Origin: Takakia lepidozioides
Lineage: Eukaryota > Plantae > Bryophyta
Direction: 5' to 3'
DNA length: 64,000 bases
NCBI GenBank assembly: GCA_030704615.1
Contig: CM060732.1
Span: 64,294,001-64,358,000, forward strand
Shown: in pieces, positions 13,365-30,334 of the stretch
Layout of the letters: every line of letters begins with the position of its first letter
Numbering within the stretch: the stretch's first letter is position 1
Program-made: the position numbers and the translations under genes
Notes under the pieces: generated by a model
The model's database searches: none
Seen by the model: only the letters and a program-made list of their open reading frames with translations
What the model was told of the DNA's origin: nothing

Positions 13365-13774
13365 CCAGGTACTTGCCTTTTGTTCATCTTAGCCTTATTC
13401 CTTGCCGGACCTTTGGTTTGCAATATCACTTCATGGAGACCAAGGAAAGCAAGAGGTAACCACATTGTTCAATTCAGAATGTGCAGATGTGTAAAAATCC
13501 CTGCATCTGCTTTTTCCTTTGGATGTGGTCTCCCCTTTCCCTTCATTTGGTTACCTCTCAGTTGCAAGTCTGTAGTCTACTTTTTGCTCACTGGATATAT
13601 AGGAAGTTGAAGGTGCACAACTGTATTGTGATCTACTTCTTCGAGAACAGCTTCAAAGGGCTGTGCTCAAGGAGATTCTGTTGTCATATTTTGGGTTCAC
13701 TATGTGTACTATTGGGATTCCAGAGGTGACTGACTTTGGCAGACTGCCTCATGGCAGAGGGCAGGACCACAAAT

Positions 13775-14414
13775 GGAGAGTTTTGCTGCCTTTTGAAACA
13801 GGTGCTTTTCTAGCCCGGACACCAGTGAAGCCAGTGATTCTGAAGTATCCATACAAGCGTTTCAGCCCTGCCTCGGACACCATATGGGCAAGTTGCTGAT
13901 CTTTTATCCTCATGATCCATATCAGGCTCTGTATGGAGAGAAAGCATGTAGAGAAAGAAGAAACTACATAGTGTTCTGAGGGGGGGCCTGAGAAGCCATG
14001 TGACAAAGTAGAACAACAAGAAAAACCACCTCAGTGAATATGCCTTGCTTGACCGACCTCGGAAGGATGATGAAGTTCACAACCATGGTCTTTCCGGGAT
14101 TTCAATCTCTGGAGCTATGGGAGCTCTGCATCGCTGAGAGAGGGCGCAAGAGAAACAGAGAACCTTGTAGCATTAACTTTGCGATTGATTGGTCACCCTC
14201 CACAACTAGGGTGTACATACTATAACCTCTACAAGTATTCCTGATAACATGATTATTTGTGGGTTCTGAATCTGCCATCAGGTGCGGCATCTGCTGCTGC
14301 TCTTGCCAATTTGTGAACCACCTTGAAGTTGTGAATTTACCAGTGTACTGGGCCAAGGAGTGCTCTGATCCCAAGTTGTATGCTAACAATGTTTGCACTG
14401 TAATGGCTGCAGAG
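13775..14414 (+). pseudogene. Lysophospholipid acyltransferase (LPEAT-like) C-terminal exon fragments
   Basis: LLPFETGAFLARTPVKPVILKYPYKRFSPASDTI and CQFVNHLEVVNLPVY...DPKLYANNVCTVMAAE followed by a gtaag donor. The catalytic N-terminal exons were not found. Confidence 0.75.
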
Positions 14415-14995
14415 GTAAGCCCTGCGCTTTCCTCTCTGTGCCTTTACTCTCTCTCACAAACCCATTGCTAGGCTTGGTGTAAGGCAGTGGGACCGCCACT
14501 GGATAGCTGACTTGACCCATCCTCTTGCCCTTAGTACAAGTTTGAGGAGTGAGATGATCTTTGTACACCCCCAGCTATGTCAGGGGTATTGCATTTTGTT
14601 TGCTATTTTTGTGAACAGCAATGCCCTTTCTTCTCAGACACTGTCAGAACACTCTATGGCCTGGCCTCCTCTCTCTTTCATTCGCTATGGCAAACGTCTT
14701 ATGAGTACATTCTCTTTTGTAGTTTCTTTAATTGGATCTGTCTATCATGGTACTTTATGGTCAATCTACAGCCATGCAAAGAAGCACAAGGTTTGGTACG
14801 ATTGTACTGTTGGGATTCCAGAGATGACTGACTTCGGCAAAATGCCTTCTGGTAAAGGGCACGTGTACTCACCACAGGGAACTTGAGGATGTTGCATACC
14901 CTTTCAGAGCCCTTGTTTGGCTTATCATTGTGATCTCCCCAACTTGTTTGACTGGCAACTACTTAGTGAAGGCAGAGCAAAAGTCAACCACATGT

Positions 14996-17342
<2,347 letters not shown>

Positions 17343-18048
17343 ACTATTCTGGCGAGGCACAGAGAAATGCAGCCACAAGACGAGCTCTGAGACTGTGTTC
17401 AGATGTTTGTGGGAAGAACAGTGAGCCTCTGAGGACGAAAGCCAACAAGAAGGCAAGTGTCCTCTGTAGAGAAGGCAGGCCGTGGATAGATGAGGAATTA
17501 CCTGCATGCCCATCTTTTCCAGTTGATCTTTGGCAGTCACTAAATAGACCAGGTTCAATGGATCCCCTCAACCGTTGGATGAATATTAGCCCCATCTCAG
17601 CCTTTGAATATTAGGATCGAAAAAGTTGTGTAAAACATGACCAGCCACATCCATCCATACGTCATCCATCGACAGTATTGGATGTCGTCCCTACGGATGG
17701 TTGTTCATCCATCCTTTTAACCTTTCCACGCGGACGTTCGAGAAAGAGAAATCGCAGCGCGACCAGAACACGACACGGGGCGCTTTTGAAGCGTGCCAAT
17801 TGGCCAGTGACACAAAAGCTGCGAACGTGGGGGAACAGCGTGCGCGTTCGAAGCAAAGAAAGGCCTACAGAGATGGTGGACAATTCCAGAGCTTCAGTTT
17901 TGCAAGTGATTCATCTCTGAGCTCCCAGACGGTATCGTCTTTGTTCGGTTCTCTGAGCTCCAGATCAATTGCTTCCCGACCAGTGAGGTTCCACTGTAAG
18001 TGCTCGGGAATCTGAGAGCTTTTTGGAGTAGAGTGACGAGCTGAAACA

Positions 18049-19983
<1,935 letters not shown>

Positions 19984-20895
19984 CCAGAGACAAGCAATCA
20001 TGTGTGGGCGCATAGAGGTCAAATTCTATTGTTGTGTGTAATGATATCCAATGTCGTCATGTTTATAGGCTACAAGTGCAATGGAAGAAAACCACCTGAG
20101 CTTTATCAGAATTTTCACTTTGTTGTATGCGAGGCTTCATTTCCTTTTGAATCATGGTGAAGACGCAGTCCTCCCATGCCTCTCTTTGAGAACTCACCAC
20201 CATAGGCACTTTCTTAGACAGATTAAAACATCCTTGGAGCATAACCTGGTTTGGAAGCAAAAGCCCCTTTCCAAGCTCTTAAACCCCTAGTGCACATACA
20301 AGCACCCCCCTTGCAAAGCCATGCAAGCCTTGTAATACAAAAACATCTTTCTTTGGTGATAAGAGATCAGAAAAGAGAGCAATCTACTCTTTTACTCAAT
20401 GTTAGTCAAGCCATGGCAGCTTTGTGAAAGCCGTACACCATATAAACCTCGGCCACATTCCATCTCAAGAACTAAGAGCTGGTCCAAGCAAATTCGCCAC
20501 CTCATTGGGCGCAAGAATCAAATGAAATCCAATTTCCACAAAGTATAATTGTAAATATACATGTCATAATTAACTAGATACTTGTGGCTTCTTCCTTGGA
20601 GCATCTCCACCATGGGTACACCAAACAACCCTGCAACGATAGCCTCATGCGGCCTCCAACACTCGCCTCCCCCAGCGGCAACCCCATCAAACTACCCTGC
20701 ACATGTCTTTTCGGTTGACGTGCCTTGCTCCAGAGGGACCACCTGGACTGACGCCGCCTTACCCTCACGCCATAAATGCAGGCAGTCGTGTTTTTAGTCG
20801 CTCCAGCAGGTACCGGCTGGGTCTGGCGGGCCTCTATCCTGCACGAAAGTTAGGGGGACGGGCTACCTAGCCCATTTGGCAAACAAATACCTAGC

Positions 20896-21140
20896 TGGAA
20901 CCGATTGGGGACCAGTGCTGGTGAAGGTGTGCGCAGCAACTCTAAATCCAGTCCATAAGCTCAGGGAGGTTGAAGGCGGCTCTAATGAGTTACTTCTGCT
21001 ATTTTGTTGCAAGGTTGCTGCAATTACCCATCTTTCCAGTACTTTCCCAGGGGAGGTCGGGCCTTGAGACAGCACAAACACCTGAGCACATCGAGCAATC
21101 CAATGATGTCCACTTGTGCACAGCACTTCTTGTATTTATT
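20896..21140 (+). pseudogene. Third AOR remnant: end of exon 1 plus part of intron 1, inverted relative to the intact gene
   Basis: VLVKVCAATLNPV is followed by sequence matching intron 1 of the intact gene (ttgttgcaaggttgctg; ccaggggaggtcggg...gatgtccact). Confidence 0.75.
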
Positions 21141-21752
21141 TGGACTGGTTTGGATGTTTGTTTGTCATGGGCTCCTCTTCCCCATGTTTCCCTGTAGGAC
21201 ATCTTGTTCTTGCCAAACTGCCACATGAATAACCTCTGATTCTGGTGTGCATCTTTTTCCAAGTCAGACGTAAAATTCAAGATCATACTGTATACTTCTT
21301 TAACTTCCAATAAATAACAAACATAGGCAGAACTCTGCAATGTTAAAGGAAATTGCAAGCACATTTACTCTGCCACCAATGAAGCACTTGTTTAGAACTA
21401 CCAGGTAGAAGGTTATATGCAAAAGACTCATCTGTGAGGATGTTGGAAAGATGCTTTAACATTTCCTGATAATGTCATGGGATAAGGTAGTCTGCTAATG
21501 GAAGACCCTTCCTTTACTTCAGGTAACATAATTCTCCTCTCAGATTCAAGTTCTGTGAAACAATCTCACTTCAACTTCAACCTACATACATAATATAAAC
21601 CTCAACATCTATATTCCGTTGGTCGCATCTCCCTCTCTACCAAACCTCATACCAGAAAAACAGCACAAATAACAAAGACCAGCAGCACCAGAAAGGCTTT
21701 ATTCCAGCACGAATCACCTGCCAACATATAATCAAAGCTCTACATCAGTTAA

Positions 21753-21882
21753 GGCTAGGGAGAGAGGGCATGGTAGAGGTGCACTGGCAATTGAGCTTGA
21801 GGAGCTGCAAATGCTGCCATGGTTGGCACATACCAGCAGCCCAAACTTGCACTTATAAGTGCAAGCTCTGCATCACCTAGCC
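21753..21882 (-). other. Structured RNA element B downstream of the RPL3 stop codon
   Basis: Closing stem GGCUAGG/CCUAGCC; GCAG/CUGC enclosing hairpin CUUGCACU-UAUA-AGUGCAAG; UGGUA/UACCA; GUGC/GCAC. Confidence 0.65.
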
Positions 21883-21933
21883 CCGGCCATGACATTTAAC
21901 CTGCCCAAATCCTAAAACAACGGACTTCAACAA

Positions 21934-22058
21934 GGGAGGGAAGGCATGGCAGAGGTGCACTGGCACTGAAGCGATACAAAAAGCTTCAAATGCTCTGGAG
22001 GGGGCACTTGCCAGCAGCCAAGATGAGGGCTTCAGCCCTAGCCCTGCATCACCCACCC
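21934..22058 (-). other. Structured RNA element A downstream of the RPL3 stop codon (paralogue of B)
   Basis: Closing stem GGGUGGG/CCCUCCC; GCAG/CUGC enclosing AGGGCU-GA-AGCCCU; UGGCA/UGCCA; GUGC/GCAC; GAAGC/GCUUC. Confidence 0.65.
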
Positions 22059-22117
22059 AAGAGTTCGTCACATAAGACCTGACAAAAATCCTGAACATCA
22101 AACCTGATCCGTCATCA

Positions 22118-24259
<2,142 letters not shown>

Positions 24260-25427
24260 ATGGAAGGGGAGGAAGCGGGTGCGAGAGCGCTCCCACCCTT
24301 CCTGCTTCTGCTGGGGACGCATGTGGAGCTCTCGACTCCATCACCCGAGGACGATGAAGGCATGCGTGCAATACTCTCCGACCCGATTACCATTCGACAT
24401 TTGCCTCAATTCGACCGTGGCAGGCATGGCTGGACGCTCGACGAGGTGGCCCGTCGCAGAGAGGATCAGGTAAAGCTAAACGAAACCGAGTCAAACTGTG
24501 TAATCTATGGGTTGCATTAAATCGCTGTCACCATCGTATGCACAGCGTGGGGTGCAGGTATTTCTCTTTTTCCGGATGGCTTAACTAACTGTAAGAGATA
24601 CTCTTAGGTTGAAATTAAGTCCAATGCCCAAGATGCGATGAGGTAAAGCTGTTGAAGTACCTGTCACTCTTTTCACTGGAAATGCTGAAATTTTGAGCAC
24701 GTTTGCCATCCCCTTTGCATAGACACAGGATGGCAGACTGCAAACTATTTCTATGTATGGTAGTCCTTTTGCTGGAAGAAATTGTGAAGCTGTTGATAAG
24801 CTGCTGACCATCCAGCTGTACTTGTCCTCAGTAGAGAAAGGGGATAGCAGAGTTATAATAGGTTCATTCTTTTCACAACATGGTCAAAGCCAAGGTTGAT
24901 TGTGAACAAGGAACAGAGATATTTTGAAGCTATTTTTTCTACCCCTCATCTGTTGAGTCTCATAGCTTGGAATGATTTGGTGCACCTTTGACATATTTTC
25001 CAGACTAAAAAATGTGCAGGTTCACTCCCAATTGGAGCACGGGGCACTTGTCTTGAACATACACTGCCAAAATCCTGGAGGGACAGGGACCGTTCTAGCT
25101 GGATCCACGGGGTTTCGATCAGTAGATTTCCAACAGAGCATTGCAGAGTGTGGGATCGTTCTCCATCATACCTTTTGGGGAAAGGGACTGGCAACAGAAG
25201 CTCAGTACCTGTGCCTCAAATATGGCTTTGAGACACTGTTTTTAAATCAAGTAGAGTGGATCACTGATGAGAAAAATGAGAGCATGCGAGGTTGGCTTGA
25301 AAATGTTCTGGGCCTACAAGGATCACATCTGGAGAATGAGCATAATCTGGTAAAGTACACCTTGCCCCGTTTGGAATGGTGGAGCACAGGGAGAGCTGTT
25401 CTAGAAAAAAGGTTGGCCTGCCAATAA
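24260..25427 (+). CDS. GNAT N-acetyltransferase, RimJ/RimL (Acetyltransf_3) type; exons 24260-24469 and 25020-25427 (205 aa)
   Basis: AECGIVLHHTFWGKGLATEA (acetyl-CoA motif A) and KYGFETLFLNQVEWITDEKNESM. The phase-0 GT-AG intron joins the two frames. Confidence 0.85.
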
Positions 25428-26239
25428 CCAATTCATTGAAAAATATTAATTCTTTGGTTAGTCTTGAGCAACAGTACGCCACAACTGGTATGTCTGGTGC
25501 CCGATGTTAATTGAGATCTTGGCTTCCACCTCCCCAGATCCACCCAGAACATCTCAATGGAGTTGCCTTTGGTAGATTTGAACTAATCTCTTCAATTCGT
25601 TCTACCATACTTGAAGGTCTTGCTGTATTCTTCCAACATGAGGGACTATTACTGAGGTGATGGCCAGGGTGAGGGGGTGCTGTATCAATCTGATTGCTTG
25701 TGGTAAAATGATAGCTTAATCGAAAATCTAGCATGAAGCATGGCCAACTAATTTAGAGACAAGCAATCTAGAACGAAATCGCACACAAGGGAAAGAGGAA
25801 AGTAAACCAGGATCATGCACATGGAAAACAAAATATCACGTGTGTCATTTATGTAGATTTATGTACAACTTCCTCCCAAGTCCTATGTCCCTGCAGGTGT
25901 TATATGGTGCATGTCCCTTATAACTCACTCTCCTTCACCCTCCTAATAACTGTATCCAGCTGTTCTTCGCATAGGAGGCTAAACCAGCAATGTTTTAAAT
26001 ACTTAAGAGAGGGGAAAGGTCTAAGGAAACTTGTTTAATTCCATCTAGAGCAAAAAGGTCATAAGGAAACTGGCTGCCCAGGATTAACAAGACGGACCTG
26101 CACTTGATTAAGCCCTGTGGAGATTAGATTAACAAGTGAACAGATGCCCTTCAATTGGGCCCTAGTGATACAACCTAGTTCTAAGCAGTCCTGACAAACA
26201 ACTTGACATGATCTTGAAGGAGAAGTACTAGAAATTTGT

Positions 26240-26775
26240 TTGTGATACCAACGCAGGCAATTGTAGAATCTGATCATTCCAAGGTATTTTTGGATTGGAT
26301 CGACATCATGCAAATAGGTCCTGAACTGTCTTCAATCCTCCATACTGTCTAAATTTTCCGTCAATATCTGCACATATCTGTAACGTTTGGACTCCCCCAT
26401 ACTCTCCCTGTCTCATATTTGTATCGACTAAAGAAGTCGACTTCGCCAGCCTCCTGATGCAGATGCTTGTATTCCTTCAAGGTGTAGACGTTACACTTGC
26501 GTACGATAGCATCCGCACTGTTCAAATCAACATGGTCCGACAACAGCAGCTCATTCCGACCTTGATGAGCCTCTCGTCCTAGATAACAATCTTCTGGTCG
26601 ATAATACCACTGACCGGCCACAGTTAGTTCTCCAGTTCGGGAGTTCTGGAATATCTCATCTATTTGAGCCACCCACAACGGCTCATCCTCACCTTCGGGA
26701 GACATCAAGACGTTATCTCCAATTTTGATGAGTTCAACCAGGAAGAAGTCGTCAATTGATACCACAAGTGCCATC
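26240..26775 (-). pseudogene. BAH-domain gene (EBS/SHL-like) with a decayed PHD finger
   Basis: IGDNVLM...PLWVAQI...WYYRPED...ELLLSDHVD...IVRKCNV...FFSRYKY. Downstream, out of frame, MIRFYNCLRWYH resembles the PHD MxQCxxCxxWxH. The start is uncertain. Confidence 0.7.
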
Positions 26776-29700
26776 CTTATTTTTCCAGAAACTAATAGAC
26801 AAGCAAGCAAACACACGTAAGAAAAGACTCGGATCAGGTTCAGATTAAGTCTGCCAGCTTCTGCAATGATGTAAGTTCTTCAGAAATCATAGATCACGAG
26901 AACAATAAGTTTATATATATAGGAACGATCTCTCCCATTGTCTTTTGGCGTCAAAACTTTTTCTTCTTTTCCTCCCTTTTTTCTCAAACTTTAACGATTT
27001 TCTCATGTTTCCGTTTTTGGAACTTGGAGCATATGCGCCCATCAAGGCCATATCTTTTGGCGATCTAGTGGTAGAAGCAGTAATCAAGAGCCCACTAAAT
27101 TCCTTTCTGTGTCTACCACCATTGACAAGTTAGGTGCTGGTCTCATGGCACTTCACATAGAGACTCACTCTAGAGCTGCATCTTTGAAACTGTCAATTTA
27201 TGATTGCACGGAAGTATCAGGATTCCGGAGGTTTTCAAGGCATGTTGACTGCCAATCTGCCAGCCCGATAGTGCGCAAGGGTGTATTATTTCTTTCAGGA
27301 ACATGCAGTACAAGGCCGCTGAGCCACATTTTTCCATCTGCTGATGAGCTGCTGATTTGACACGGTACAGAATAAGGTCCAACCCACTTAGCCTCACTCA
27401 CACGCACAACAATCCTTCTCCTAGCTGGGCATTTTGTTTTCCTCGGATAAGACACGATGGAACACACAGGGAACACACTACGAGATCACTCACTCGTGTC
27501 CCTAGTGAGTGATCACCTTTAGAGTGAAACAACAAAGCGAGATTTCTTAATCCCAATGCAACAACTTGGCAGTGTTGAGCTTCTCTTCCATGGAAGTGAC
27601 AATCTCGAAATTGATTGCTACTGTCCTTCCTTTCTCTGCATCACTGCCAACATTATCTTCAGATGCCGAGCTCCCTAGCTTCTGGCTTCTGTGCGCTCAC
27701 AATGATAGACTGGAAGCTTGATGGTAGGAAGGTAGGAACGGTATCTCTCTCGGAACTGAAGGCCAGTCTAGAAGAAGCTCGAACTGAAATCCTTCAACAC
27801 AAAGCAACTCCCTCGTCCATGGGCACGTTTGAAGACCTGTCGCCATGCTCGTCGGTGCTCATTCAGGTCACATTACTTCCCTGGGGGTAATACCAAAGAG
27901 TTGTCCCCGAACTCTGCACAACCAGCAGTACGCTACCATACCGTACCTCCAATAAGGTAATTCTAGTATTTAATAGTACTCGGTTTCCGACAAGATGCAT
28001 AGACTTTTTTAGGGTTGACGGGTTTCTGGGAACCAGCAGCGGAATTTACTGGTTTTCGCCCGAGGAAGGTTCTATGGATGAATGTTTCCAAGTATCGATG
28101 AAAGTATGGTGCGTAGATGAAGCACGTGCTGCACAACGACAGCGCGCCAAGAACCGTTGGATCTCTGAAGACGGCTGGGCTATTTATACAGATCATTAAT
28201 GAAGGTAAGTTGAGCTTTACTTAATCGGGACTTAAGGCCAAGTTAATCTTCAAACTAAGACCAGGAAATTGTGAACAGGTGAGTCAGCAGGGTGTCGTTA
28301 TTTTTGAAAAAAGTGCAGTTAGGCTCGGGGGAGCCTCGGACCATTGGATCAGGTTCGTTACAGTATCTGGTTTGGTTAGGGAAATGGACCCGGGTTCGGG
28401 ATGGGTTCGGGATTGGCTCCGATTCTGGTATGGTTGTGTGTCTCTCTCGTAGAAAGCAGACGCAGAGCTTTGGCGTGCAGTGGCGCTCTCGGACATGCGG
28501 ACGCTGCCTGCGGGGGCGGAGTCTGAGCACGGTCGTGTAGCTGGTGCTGCAAAGGATTGAGAGGATTGCTTGTTGTAGGGATAAAATTGGAGGTGCAGGT
28601 GAGTTTGGAAGTCAATGCCCTGTTTACGGTGCAATTGTGGCCGGGAGGAAATCGAGGCAATCCGAACGGCGGTCGACCTTCCTCTTCTGATGGCCGAGTA
28701 GCCTCAGACTGTGAGGGGAATGGTGGAATCGAGGCCTCGCGGCAGGGGCGAAGTCTGCTTGTTGCAATGAGGTGAGGGCAGTCGTGGTCAGGGATGTTCA
28801 CACCCTTTGATGACCAGTCTTTGTCCCTGGATCTCTTTTTGTTGATCTTTTTGTGTGTACATCTATACATCTATACATGGAAGTAAGCTGACCCTGCGCA
28901 CCTCGGACTCATCGTCCTCTCTGCTTCCCTCTCTTCCTCCTGTCTGTTAATTGTAATACTGTCAATCAAGTGCTGCCTGCTGGGAATCTGGTTTTCACCT
29001 TTCCGGAGGTTCGTAAGCTCTTTCCTTCCGTTTCACTAAGAGTGTCTATGGAAGCTGTCAATCGAGTTCCGCTTAGTGAGAAGGGCTCTGACAGGGAACT
29101 TCCTGCATATGAAACTGTCCTTTCTCTTCTTCTCTCTTTCTGTCGGCGAGGACGAGTTCAGTGATTCTTATTCTCCGTGTCCTAACGGCCGGGGTGTGTG
29201 GCCAGTCGAGGAGTTCGGATATGCTGGCCTATTTTCCCGGGTAGAAACGTCGGTACGTTTGATTTATGTCTTCAGATCCATGAAATTTATCGGAACAGAG
29301 GAACTTAGTCTTGTCGGCCTTGTGTTTGAACATCGATCTTCACTCAATTGCGAAGCTATGTTCTTCCCCGCGTCAACTACTTCACAGATTGCACTTTGCA
29401 CTTTATCCCACCGTCGCTTGCGTGTCTTCGAATTCATGACAGTTATCACATCGGAACCTGGGTTTGTGACCCCCATCCCACTCAGTTATGAGGTGTTCCT
29501 TACCACTTTTAATAGTTTTTTAAAGTCACAGGTTGCCTTAGCATGTACCTGAAGTTGTTATAAGCATTATTCATATTTTTGAAATGGCTATAAATGTGAC
29601 TGTGCAGCAGATTCCTTTGTCTGGTTCCATCTGTCATGTCTTTGACTTGGAGAAGATCTTTATAACTAGAGACCCGGGGCTTCCAGTTTAGCCTCCCAGT

Positions 29701-30334
29701 GCTAACTGATTTTTTCATCCTAGTGAATTGTTTTCTTTTAGCTCTTTGTATCATTTTGTTTCTGATTCTAGTCTGATGTGTGATGGCCTTTGGTACAGGG
29801 GGCAATCGTTGCTGAGCCAGCTTGCAAGAAGGCACCCTGCTGGTCAGTGCACTTCAGGCGCATTTACTCACATGATCCGCACATTCTTATGCAAGCATTA
29901 GTCTTTATGCAGGAAATGGTCAAATCTGCAGTGGAACAATTTTGTAGTTGTACCCAATTATGTTAACCACCCGCCTCATATCACACCTTAAAGCTCTACA
30001 AGCCTTGGTAGAGATTTTGTAGGACAAAGTTGGTGTGGATGTGATCATGCTGCATCCATGCCAACAATCTCAGCTTGCAAAGAGCAGACACAGGCTCTAA
30101 TACTGGAAGGCTTTTCAACATCTTCTGTAAAGTACTTGGCAAGAGGAGCTAGAATTGCCACTGGAGGACAAGGAGAGTTTGAAATACATCTCTCTCTCGG
30201 GGGTGGATACATTTATATTGAGAACGGATTGGGCAGACTGTCCTCAGCATTGCTGTCCACAGCAGGCAGAACAGGGCACAGCGGCGCCCCCCTGTTTCAG
30301 CCTCCAGGGTTGGAGGGAAAAGTTTTGAATTTCC

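Noticed and set aside
27484-27514. 11 bp-stem hairpin as a Helitron 3' end or terminator
   Set aside because: No CTRR terminus at the expected distance on either strand, and it is an isolated feature.
27600-29900. Several short ORFs between the BAH and RING genes
   Set aside because: No recognisable motifs or consistent exon chain.
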